64,000 nt of DNA from Balanoglossus misakiensis (lineage: Eukaryota > Animalia > Hemichordata): assembly GCA_040954595.2 (NCBI GenBank), contig CM082593.2:3241434-3305433 (forward strand), read 5' to 3'. The position numbers and the translations under genes were made by a program. The stretch's first letter is position 1. Every line of letters begins with the position of its first letter. Under the pieces are notes generated by a model. That model ran no database searches, was not told the origin of the DNA, and was given only the letters and a program-made list of their open reading frames with translations. Shown here in pieces: positions 27,379-51,601 of the stretch.

Positions 27379-30300
27379 TTAATGTTAACCAGGCATTTTT
27401 TTTAATCCCTTCCCCACTTTTTTCTTTCAATCCCATACATTTTTCTTTCATATTTGCATCATGTTGCTGATTTCAGATTTCCAAGTGGCCAGTTTTTTTT
27501 TTTTTTTCGGGCTGCTGTGTTCATTGTTGTAAGTCCATGTGTGATTGGCTGTGCAACTGTAAGACCAGTTGTGATTGGTTGAATACCACTCAGAAACTGT
27601 GTTCAAATTTGGAAAATAACAGGAGCAAAAATTGCTGCGTGGCTTGCCAATGAGAAAAAGCAGGGAACAACTAAAAACAAGAGTGATCCAGCAGTAACAA
27701 GCAATATATACAGAGGCAGTCTCAATCATGTACTTCGTCAAGTTATTTTGTGCGAGTTCCCCCTCCCTTTCAATCCCTTATCCATTCAATCATTTCAGAG
27801 TGTAAATATATTGTACAGAACTACAGACTGCTAGCCCGTTCAATGCCTGTCTGGTTCTACTTGTATTTCTTTTAAAACCCTGTAATTTTCCCTGTTCAGC
27901 CCCTGGGCATAAGAAATCATTAACTCCACAACGTAGATTGTCCTTAAGTTTGCTGTGGTACAGTGACAAGCAACTGAATTCTATTCCCTGTGTTTGATCA
28001 ACAAACTCCAGTATATGCTTTTTTTATCTTTATTCCATCATTTTGTTCATAATTATATCCACAATTTAATAAGCCAAGTCGCCAGTGTTATTCTCCTAAC
28101 CCGTAATTTTAGTCGAGTTTTTAGCTGTATTATAGTAATTTGAAATTTCAGAATCCCATCAGAAATTGTATGAAATCACTAATAACAATTTTCGTCTGTA
28201 TTCTTTCATCTGATGAACTTCAGGATTCTGGTGTTTATTTTATTTGTACCTACTATGCAATAATTGAAAAATCAATGTAAATTTAATAGTGCCACATTGA
28301 GGTTGATTGTAGATACTGTGTGTGACTTGAGATGTAATTGTCCCCTAAATTTTTAGTGAAAATAAAGTTTTGAAACTCGACAAAAAATGTGTGCTTTAAT
28401 ACTGTGTGTAGACTTTCAGTCCTGCTGTTCTGCCAGACCACAATGGGAGTAAACCAATCTATTCTGATAAAGGGGTAAAATGGCGAGCTTACCTGAGGAA
28501 AAACTAGATGACTGCATGTTTTATCAGTGATTTATGACTGCTGTAAATTGTTTAAGATATAATTCTGACAACTGTTTGGCCAGTTTTGTCAAGGTACTTG
28601 TTCCAGCAAAGTACACACCTCCATGTAAGGTCAGCTTTTGAAAATGGCCAGAACATTTTACTCGGTAATTAATTTGAGGGTTTATCTACAGTGCCAAACT
28701 AAGAGTTTTTAGTCAACGATGATGGCGCTCTTGCCCCGGCTGTTTGCCTGCAGTTGCATGCTGGCAATGGGGGCGCCCTGGCGGAAAATTTTCCTCCCCA
28801 TGCTACTGTTATCACGTCACCAGCTTTCACCATGGAGACAAAACATGGATTTACCCACAGACCACACGTGCACACTCGTGATTAAGATAAATCCTGCGTG
28901 TGTTTGTAAGTCCATTTGGAGACAAACTATTTTTGTATGTAAACAACAGTGTTTTGTGAAAGTCCAAATGGCCAATTGACTGACAAATGACAAACGAGAA
29001 CTTCACACTAACTTTTTCAAGCATGGAAAAAGGAAAAGCAGCCAGTGGCAACAGACAATGCCAGTTTGTATCAATGTAGTGACGTATACTATCATCGCCC
29101 GATAGCTGTTACGTCACCAGTGATTGAGATTATTGGATGAGACCACCTCGTTACGTAACCACCCACAACATGTCACCCCACAGACAAAGAAAGCATTTCT
29201 TCGCGTCCATGGTTTGTCTTTTACCAAATCAATAATTCAATTGTGGTTGGCTTGTCAGTGTGCACGTGAATAAGCACATTTCCCGCGGAAACCACGCGAG
29301 CAGTTGAGTGTGCAGTATCCTGAGCTGGTCAATTCTGATTGGTCAGTTCCAGCTCGCTCTTCCAACTTTACGTGGACACAGTTTCAATGTATATATACAT
29401 GTTCCAGTATTAAATTACACTTACTTCATTGTAAATCTCTGCGATGGGGTCGTTTTGGTGTTAAATTTCAAATCATATATTCTTCGTAATCACTTCTGAA
29501 GAAACAGACAATTCATTAATGTGAGTCGACGACCATAAAGGCGATCTCAGTCGATGACATGATATGTGCATCTTCTCTGTTGGTCGACTATAAAATGTTG
29601 CCACGTTTACCAGTTTGACGACCGCCATCAACGGTGCAGTAACAGGGATAGGATGTTTCACAGAAATCCAACCCTGAACTTGACTCCAAGGACAGTGACA
29701 CATCATCTTTCCTTGAATGTAGAAAGAGACACGCAAGGTCATGTTTATGTCCAAGAATGCAATAAACTTTGCTTTAACCTTCAAAATCTATGTCGCAACA
29801 GACAGTAGGCCAAGCTCTGGGGACGAGCTACTTGTCAAACCACACCAGCACACAAACATTTCACCATAATCAGGAATTCTTTTATTAACTTCTGGAAAGA
29901 CATTCACCTTACTCATCAAGGAATTTTATTTATACACAGTCATGATCAAATATCAATAAGCATGAGGTAAAATTGAAAATCTAGACGTTTGCCTATTGAA
30001 AGATTATTATTCTAGAGCAACCATAGAAGTCTTGCCACTGAGGTTTTGTGGTGTCTCCTTGTGATATGTCTGCCAACAAAATAAAAGCTGAGTATTTCGA
30101 TCAAAAGTATCAGATGCTTTACTGGGTCACCAGCTTCACCAAACCTACCCAAGTATACCATTCACAAAATTGAAATCGATAAATAAAAGTTACGAAGAGT
30201 ACTTCTTGTGAAAAGATTAATTGGCATCAGGAATTTGCAGCAGTCAGTTGAACTTTGGTCCACAGCATCGGTCTTCATTTCCAAGTAGGGGTTTTCTCTC

Positions 30301-30966
30301 GAAATGTCTCACAGATTCACGGCTAGAAATGTGTTCCTCCGAAACAAAAACCGTGGCCCAGAAAAGCAACTAAGTCTACACTCCATTCTGGTATTGATTA
30401 ATCGCGAAAGAGAGTCGATGTATAGTATTAATCTGTACAATTCAATTTGTAAACGTAAATTAGGGTATTGACGAGGAAAAAACATAAAGCAGAAATTTTG
30501 TGAAACAGTTCTGATCAATTCTGGATGTTGACACTTAGAAATTTCTAAATTAAAAAAAATCTGACTTGCTCAAACTCAATAGCAGTTGCATTGTATGAAT
30601 GGACATGATTTAGTGAAAGACTCGCGGAAAACATAGGGCTTTATGATTTCATGGAAAGAGGAAATGTAAAAGATCAATAAGTCCAGACACAAACTAGCAA
30701 ACTCGAAATAAAATATGTGAAGGCAGAGAAAGTGATACAAAGCACGGCTATCACTAGAAGCTGACAAGTGGCTAAAACTTTGTACATAGAAATAAACAGA
30801 ACTGCTTCAGGTTTGTTGTTCGTGGTAAGATCTGGACACCCACACCACCCCCATTTCTGCAAACACAATGAATTAGTCCGTCAAGTGAAGATATGTGGAA
30901 TATTCTAATGCTCTCATTGTCAGGGTGGGAAGGGTACCAGTCGGCAGTGATGTTTTGTGGGGTTTT

Positions 30967-43229
<12,263 letters not shown>

Positions 43230-43791
43230 TTTCGTGTTTGGATTTCAGGTGAACGTCTTCAGATTGCTGGTGAAGTTCACGGTGTAGTTCGCTCGAATGG
43301 AGTGAAAGGTGGAGTGCAAGCAAAGTGATCAGTGTCGATGTCCCGGCAGCCGGCCACGTGACCCGGAAGTGACTGTTCAGCGACTTCCCTTCACTCGTAT
43401 TTTTACATTTCATGTTTGCAAGTGCAGAAAAATGATCTTATAATCTCCCATATGTATTATTTATGAAAAGTGGAATATTAAGCCTAAAAATACACAAAAA
43501 ATCACGTTCGTCTGACGTTCTTATTTTTTTTTCTCATTCTGATACATCAAACGGTAGAGGGCGGGCATTCCCGGAAGAGAGAAGTCGAAGACACAACCAG
43601 GAACATGAAGATAACTAGGAAAATACCAGATCCAGAGAAGGTGCGAGAGATGAAATATAAACTTTAGATGCTTGTGACAATAACTTGTTTACTACCTTGA
43701 CGCAGAACTTCCCTTCACTGCTCATGTACAGTCCAGTCGATCTCTGGCAACCTGTTTCAATGATAAGCCCCATATCTCTTCAAAGTTCAAT
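43230..43791. promoter_or_regulatory. Putative bidirectional promoter shared by PAPSS and MINPP1
   Basis: Divergent start codons with 562 bp between them. E-box CACGTG (43355-43360) next to ETS CCGGAAGT (43363-43370); second CCGGAAG at 43571. Confidence 0.65.
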
Positions 43792-46026
43792 ATGGAGTAT
43801 TTTCTGACGGGACTTCTTTTGCTGTTTCTCTGTATATCTCCATCAAATTCCGATACAGAGAAAGATGATCACATGGTGCTGTTTTCGACTAAAACAAGTT
43901 ACGCCGGGTCATTTGGTGGCGTGGAGGAGATCACGAAAACCTTTCAAAATACAAAGAGTCTGCTGGAGTCAAGACAACCGTTCTGTCGGCCACTTCAGGT
44001 CAACGCACTTTTCAGACATGGCACAAGATACCCATCCCGGTCGGACTTAAACGTTTTGCGCAAGCTTGAAGACTTGCAAGAACATCTTCATAACGAAAAG
44101 TATCTCAAGCTCAAATCGTGGAAAAGCAAGTTCAGCAACGTTGAGCCAAAAATGTTAGCAGAAAGTGGACGTCGGGAAATGCGTGCACTCGGAGAAAGAT
44201 TTGCTCAATATTTTCCTGAACTTATGAAGAAAACGCAAATGGCGAATGGTAGAATTAAATTTATAAGTTCAGATACGCCAAGAACGAAAGACAGCGCCGA
44301 AATGTTCATGGAAGGTTTGCAAAGCATGATGGGAAGTGATGAAGATGATGTTGATCTTGAAATTCTGAACCGGGATTCTGATATTCTGTTGAGGTTTTTT
44401 GACACTTGTGAGAAGTTTGTCCAGACAGTAGAGGAAAATAAAACCGCTCTGATTGAAGTTTCCAAGTTTGGTGATAGCAGCGAAGTGCAAGCGGTGGTGG
44501 AGGCAATTCAACAAAGACTGAACATCAGTGACAACACCAAACTTTATAAAGGTATCAGTTTTTATGGTTCAATTATGAAAGCAGTCACTCAACACACTGC
44601 TGGAAATACACCTGGAAACATCTGGAAGAGAAAATGGTATCTAAACTCCTGCAAAGATTAGTTTGTGTGGAGGGCATTATCTGTGTAAAGATAATTCTCT
44701 TTGCCATGCATAAAGGTTAACACATTTACACAGATTCACACCTCAACCAAGCTGTTAAAATTGGATCTCCTTCCTGTTTGACATGCCAGGAGTGTGCTAA
44801 ATGGCTTGTGTACATTCCCCCCAGAGTCACAGGTCTGTTTATCTCCTCTTCTGTCTATGGTTTATCTGTGCCCTGGTTGTGTGTGAATGACCCGCAAGTG
44901 CAGTCATATGCATCACCGATAACTAAACAGAGCCCAGGTGCGCAGGAAGTTACAGATATGTCCTGATACATGTACATTCATTGACTCTGAATTCTGGGCA
45001 TCTGAAGATATCAAATAAAAATCAAATTTGAAAACTACGACATATAAAAGTATAATCCCCAGATTTCAAAAATCTATATCATATTTTTTCTGACTGTTTC
45101 ATGATAAGTATTTTCAGCAGTTTTTGTTTACTTTTTTCTCTCCAGATCATGCTAAGGCTGTCTTCAGTATCTGTGCCTCTGAGTCGGCCATTTTGGGACA
45201 CTCCAACTGGTGCAACGTCATGACAACAGAGGATGTGCAGGTCATCGAGTACTGGATGGATCTCAAACATTACTGGAAGAAAGGATATGGTTATGAACTG
45301 AACTATCACATCAGCTGTCGGCTGTTACAGGATATTTTTGTTTCAATGGACCAAGCTGTTAGCAAGGGCAAAGGGTTAGTGAATAGTGTTTAATTAAAAA
45401 AATGTATCATGCTGGTGGCCGCAGCTATTAATTTCAGTTCATTTTTTCCATAATTAAAACAATAATGAAAAATGATTGCTTCTTTTCTCAGCACATTGTG
45501 TCTAATTAAGATATTTAAATGAAGTGGTGGATACTGTAATTGTAGACACATGAACCTTGGTGTTTGAGTCATGAGTCCTACCCATCATGTCCTGATATAT
45601 TTTGCATCAACTTGAATTTGTTTCATTTTCAGGGACGACTACACTGTTGGCACATTCTGGTTCGGCCACGCTGAAACTGTCTTCCCGCTCATCGCTGCAC
45701 TGGGACTGTTCAACGACACGGTCAAACTGACAGCAGACAATTTCGCTACCAGCAAAAATCGCCTCTTCAGGGGCGCCATGATCTCCCCCTTCGCGGCCAA
45801 CGTCGCGTTGATCCTGTACAAGTGCGACAAGGACGGCAGCGACGACACCGACATTATGCTGGAAATTCTGCTTCAGGAGACGCCTATTACATTGCCCTGT
45901 TGCGCGTCAACCCTGTGCTCTTACTCGACCGTGAAGAGCTGCTACTCCAAGTGGTTGAATAATTGTAACTTCGAAAAATTATGCGAGTTTAAAAATGACA
46001 CTGTGAAAGTCAATGATGAGCTGTAG
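43792..46026 (+). CDS. MINPP1: Multiple inositol polyphosphate phosphatase 1 (ER-luminal histidine acid phosphatase), about 460 aa, 3 exons
   Basis: Exons 43792-44551, 45146-45374, 45633-46026. Signal peptide, RHGTRYP catalytic motif, LLRFFDTC, DLKHYWKKGYG, FGHAET, PFAAN, C-terminal ER-retention NDEL. Confidence 0.95.
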
Positions 46027-47156
46027 TGACTTATGAAATTCATTGGCAGAAAAATGAAACTGCTTACTGCTAGAGAGCTTCTCTCAACTTGCAAAATTGC
46101 TATTTACAGTAGAAAAAATGGTCTGTAGATTTTTATTGCCTGTAGAATTTTTTAGTAACATCGTAGAATTTTGTTAATATTCTGGACCTATTTGCACTCT
46201 GGTTATATCACTACTAGTATCTGATGATAACATGTTTTACATTGTCTGTAATGCAAAAAGATAACAATGCCACTCCAGGCTTTGTATAATGGATTTAACC
46301 AAAACAATGGGTGCTAACTAGCCACAGTAAACAAATTATATTAATCTATTGTCAGGGTTTTGGAAATTATTCAGAGTGAATTGCTTTGATAGATTTCTGC
46401 TGATTTCAGTTTCCGCACCCATGGACTAGCTCCATGCATGCCAATACATGTCATGTAATGACAATTTGTTGTTCACCAGCATGGCTTAGTCCAACTCCAT
46501 TGTTTTCAATAGCAATGCTGGACCTTTGTATTTAGGGAAGGGGGTGAGAAGGATTAGCTCAAATGAGGAGAAGGAAACTCAACAATCAGAAATGTTCCAA
46601 GAACACACTTTGGTGCTTTGTCAATTGCAGCTGTACTTCAAGGTTGAACCTTGTATTACTTATTTCGACTGCAGTGTTTTTATTAACACGAATCAGCATT
46701 TCATTTACTGTACAGCTTTTCTTTAAAATTGTGCCAATAATAAATTTTACATGAAATACTAATGTTTTTCCTTCGTCTCAATGATTGATAACTACAGAAT
46801 ACTGGAATACATTTGTACAATGCATTGTTTGAATATTGCCAGGTGCATAGAGTTCCCAATGCCCCGCCACCTCTCACTCTGAGTTACTCAACCGCTCATA
46901 GCCGCACACACGCAAATATAATGAAAAAAGCAGGTAATTTTACATACACATGTAGTCATGTTTATTATTAGTAGTAAATTTCAAAGGTCATAGAAATATG
47001 CTACGGTGCTCCTAATTTATTTATTATGCTATTGATTGCAAAGTGCTAAAATACAGTTTTTTTTATGCTATATCTATTCCAACTAAAATGCACTACCATT
47101 GTCCCTCCTTCGTACTAATATGTACTGCGTGTGACGCCAGACAAATTGAATGTTTC

Positions 47157-50100
47157 TTATTCGGGTCCGCCGCACAGGGCAATCAACATAGCTCGGTAAT
47201 CTCCGGACGTGTCCCCCTGTCGACAAAAAAACACACAAGCAAAATTGGTTTTCATTTATGGGTGCTCATGGAAGAGAGATAACAGATCCACAAATCTGCA
47301 TGTGCAAGACAGACTGCAGAAAAAAACAAAAGAATCGTCCAGTCTAAACACCAGAAGTTTGTTTTCTGTTTGTTTGTTATTTCTTTGCTTGTTTGTTTGT
47401 CTGTTGTTTGTCTGACTCCAGTTTTATAGCGACAAGAATCAGAATAAACGATAATATTATTTAATTGCAATTATTTTACTCACGACGATGTCTTTTGCTA
47501 GTGGCGCTTTGTAATTTTTGAAGTAGTCCAATTTGATCGCTCGCAGGTCCTTTTCAGATCTGGAAACCATCACACGTATCAACGTTTCGTCATCGGTTCC
47601 AAGTCCCTGACGTAACAAATTTATAATTATTAATTTGCATCAATTTACCCCCCAGCACTGTCCGCGTGAATCATGTGCTATATGTCACATCCGTCGATAG
47701 GTGGCGACATTTACAATTCCTGAACAGGACTCAAATTTGTTGTTCAAAAGGAAAATTTAGTCTGTACCAACAGGTGGGAATCGTCTAGACATGTAGGCAC
47801 GTGCGTGCGAGTCTAGTATATATTTAAATTAATTTAGCCCCCCGACAATTCTGATTGGTCGATTACTATCCGAACGCCTGAAACTGGTAGAATGTGATTG
47901 GTCAATAACGCTCTGCACTCCTGGAACAGGCAAGGTAGACATGGTTCATGTAATATGGGTCATCGATGCGACTGTGGTAGACGCTCCAGGCAATGTTCGT
48001 TGACCCGAGCGTTGACCCCGTAATGACCAGATGAAAAGTTGTGCACCAATAAATACGAATCAGTCTGGCAATGTATGCGTGTGTTCAATATAATTATTTG
48101 AATGTTACGGCTGTTGTGAACAACCCGCAGCGCATGAGAAATATTATCAGAACGAAAAGTCCTTGTAGTGTACTCTCGCATGTTAGGGCAAATTCAAATT
48201 TTCCTTCGGTCAATATAGGGGTCAACGCACGGGTCAATGTACATTGTCTGGAACGTCTACGTTGCAACCTGCAGCAAGAGTGCAGAGCATGGTTGACCAA
48301 TCACAATCTACCTGTTTAAGTATTCAAATAGTAATCGACCAATCAGGATTGTCAGGGTCTAAATTATTTTTAATATATACTAAACTCGCAAGCACGTGCC
48401 TATATGTCTAGACGATTCTCACCTGTTGGTGGTACAAATTAGATTTTCCTTTTGAATAGCAAAAGGGCTCTTGTTCAGAAATTGTAAATGTCGCCACCTA
48501 TCGACTGGTGAGAAGTGTAGAAAAAATTACAATATACTGAAACAGAAGAAAATTTAAATTTATTATAATTATATCACCTCGTCCCCGAAAATAATTATCA
48601 GAGTGGAGAAAAGTTTCAGAAAGGTGTATGTATATCTGATATACACGTTCAAAATTTTCAGAATTCGATTACAGAGTATTGCTTACCTTCATAGATTTGT
48701 GTAATCGTTCTGCAAAGTAGGCAGACTTGTCACGAACGACCTTCACTGTTGAAGGAAACAGAACGCAAAAATATGTGATGCCTTCTAAAAAAAATTATTG
48801 ATTATATCTGTTGGACGTACGTATTGCCCGGTTAGCTCAGTCGGTAGAGCGTGGGACTTTTAATCCTAAGGTCAAGGGTTCGACCCCCTTAGCGGGCGTT
48901 GTATTTTCGCACCCAGATTTTTTTGCTATTCTGAATACATACTTGGCTGAAACAATGACATTTTTTACCAGAGACAAATAAAGAAGTATAGTTTACAACA
49001 CTAACCAATTGTAAGCATGCCCTTCTCGAGATCGCCAGACATCTCACTTTTGATGGATGATTCGATATCTTTCTTGGCCAGTTCGTGGTACTCTTCAAAG
49101 GTCGCACGGAGCTGTGGGTAGCTTCTTGAGGCCAGGATAACGTTAAACCGAGATTCGTCCGTGCCAAGCTTCTTTTCACCAGCTTCAAGCAAAGCCTGCC
49201 CGGGAATATGACACAGAAATGTGATTTCATATCAAACAACTACCACCGTCACTTTTAAGCCGAGTTTTCCGTGCATAAGGTATATGTTTCAAATTCATCG
49301 TAATAATATACCTTGGCATCGGCCTTTGCTTTGTCTTTGTCCACGTCCTGATTTTCATCTCGTCCACCAGTTGACATAGACACCATCAGGTTTTTCAGGC
49401 TTCCAGATGTATCTGAACCCAAGTCACTTTCTAGTTCCTTTCCAAATTCTGAAATGGAAAGAAATCAATCGAAAGTGAGCAAATGCGCGGAAATATGCTT
49501 TCGTCTCTATGTTAGCCTTTTCACAGTAATGGTGAGTTGGTCTTAAAATTTTAAGACTAACCTTTCTTGTAGGCTAACTTAATCGCTGCCATTTCTGCGT
49601 TGGTCCTTGTGCACATGATTTCGATCAACGCGTCTTCATCCGTGCCAGCTCCCTAGCAACAGAAACAAAGGGTGTGTTGGATTGATGTCGTCGAGGGCGT
49701 GATACTATCATACCTCCGAGGGCGTTTACTCCACGCTCATGGTTATGTTTCACTCTGAACTATTTTACATAATTTCTTAATGGTCTGAAGTCTTGTACAT
49801 GTATTGTGTTGTGCTATAGGATGAATGAGAGAGAATAAACTCGCGTGTACCTTCATGGCTTTCTTGAGCACATGCGCATCGTACATTGCTGACGGCATCA
49901 TAAGGGCCAGTACCAGGGTTTCTAGTTTACCACTGAGTTCGCTCTTGAAATCCTTAATGAGGTCCTATATTCGTTGGGAAACAGATATGATCGTCAGTAT
50001 TCACAACATTGACTCTGTACAACAGCGTGATACATGTACTATCCTCCGACATCAAACATGCTAACAAATAGACGCAGGCCACTTACACGTCCGAACAATG

Positions 50101-51601
50101 TCTTGTAGTCCACGGCAGTCCTTACACGTTGTTCATTACTCATGCCTGTCAATATCTGGATGATGGCTTTCTCGTTTGTGCCTGAAAAATAGGAGATATG
50201 CAACACACCGTCACGGGTTGCTAGCCAAGTAATACATGTCAATTTTTGTGTGAAACTAGAATAGCTGCAGAGTTGTCACTTTTGTGCTGTCTTATATCAC
50301 GATGGATCACGTGTGACTTGTCATGTGTCACATGAGAATGTCCTCCCGTATAAACTGCCTAGTCTCGCGAGATCTCGCAGGGACTCGTGGTGTTCGGGAA
50401 ATGTTCTATTATGGAGTCACATTCTCACCCAATCCCTTCATGGCTTTTCTCAGAGCTTCGGCTTCTTTCTGGCCGTCGAAGTCGGACTTCGCTCTCACGG
50501 TACCTTCTCCCTAGAAACAAAGCAAAACCTTCGTTAAACTATAACTTATATTTTCCATGCAGGAGTTTCCTTAATTAATCTGATACTCTGGTTACCGCGT
50601 TGATTTGTAAATAACCAACACCCACAATCAATTTTATCGGATAATTTGTGACCTTTAACCTCAAAACCCATTAACAAGATCAGTCGTATCCACAGTCATT
50701 TAGCTCAATGGTGTACAAATTAAAAATAACTCGTGGGAGTGTCATCTTCAATTTTGAGTTTGCACTAATATTTTGTTGACATAAAGGATTATGTAACCCA
50801 CTTGATTTTATTTGAATCATACGATGGATTTATTTGCAGGAAAACTTCCCGTTCCATGATTTCCAAACGAATTAAGGCCGATTACTTCCTCGTAATGATG
50901 TACAACTATGTCGAGAGTTTCTGATAACATCGAATATTTTTTGACCCGCGTCATTGTCAAGGTGTGCTTAGCCAGAACACTATTCAATATTTTCTAGACA
51001 CTATATATACGATATCGTGCATATACTGCATGGGTTTCCCCATTAATGTTACGTAAGAAGGTTTACATTGAGGCAAACAAAATCTTTTATTTTAGGAATG
51101 TGTATTACTAGTATTCCACCTGTTTTTACGACGGCTATTTCAAATAGTCCATACAGCTTCAACTGGATTGTAAATATGTGTACTTGGACTTGATGTTTTT
51201 GTCGCGCTGTATTAGATTTGGAAAAATCACACCGATTTCTACGTTGTCAGATTTGACACTGGAGAAGCTATGACCAGAATAACTCACATGCACAAGAAAG
51301 ATCGCACCAAATCAAATATCTACAAATTTGGCTGAGGGTAACATTGTCGCACACGTCTCAAACGCACGTCAGTCATGTTGAACCGGAACGCAGAACGGGT
51401 CATAATACTTCTCTTAGGTTAACAGGAGAAACTAGTTGAAATATTTTAAGTTTATTAAATTATTCTTCCTGACATTGTCCCTTTTCATTTCGACTTTCGG
51501 CCAGGTTGTTATCAATGGAATGCCTCCTTTTCGTTTTTATATACATGTATTTAAAATGGCGTAGAAATATTTGGACCTACCTCGCCTTGAACTGCTGCCA
51601 T
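47157..51601 (-). CDS. Annexin 1 of cluster (canonical four-repeat annexin, short N-terminus), about 323 aa
   Basis: Exons 51581-51601, 50429-50510, 50087-50181, 49851-49964, 49562-49652, 49312-49448, 49006-49195, 48687-48745, 47484-47606, 47157-47216. Repeats MKGLGTNE..SELSG, MKGAGTDE..SDTSG, GEKKLGTDE..SEMSG, MKGLGTDD..GDTSG are all intact. Confidence 0.93.
47693..48505. mobile_element. Foldback/MITE-like element with long imperfect inverted arms, in an annexin 1 intron
   Basis: GTCGATAGGTGGCGACATTTACAATT at 47693 pairs with AATTGTAAATGTCGCCACCTATCGAC ending at 48505. Pairing continues (AATCGTCTAGACAT, GGCACGTGC, CTGATTGGTCGATTACTAT, GTAGACG, TTGACCC..TTGACCCC) to about 48020/48218. No coding capacity. 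Confidence 0.85.
48826..48898 (+). tRNA. trnK-UUU: tRNA-Lys (UUU), in an annexin 1 intron, antisense to host
   Basis: Identical 73 nt sequence, TTTT at 48904-48907, inside intron 48746-49005. Confidence 0.93.
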
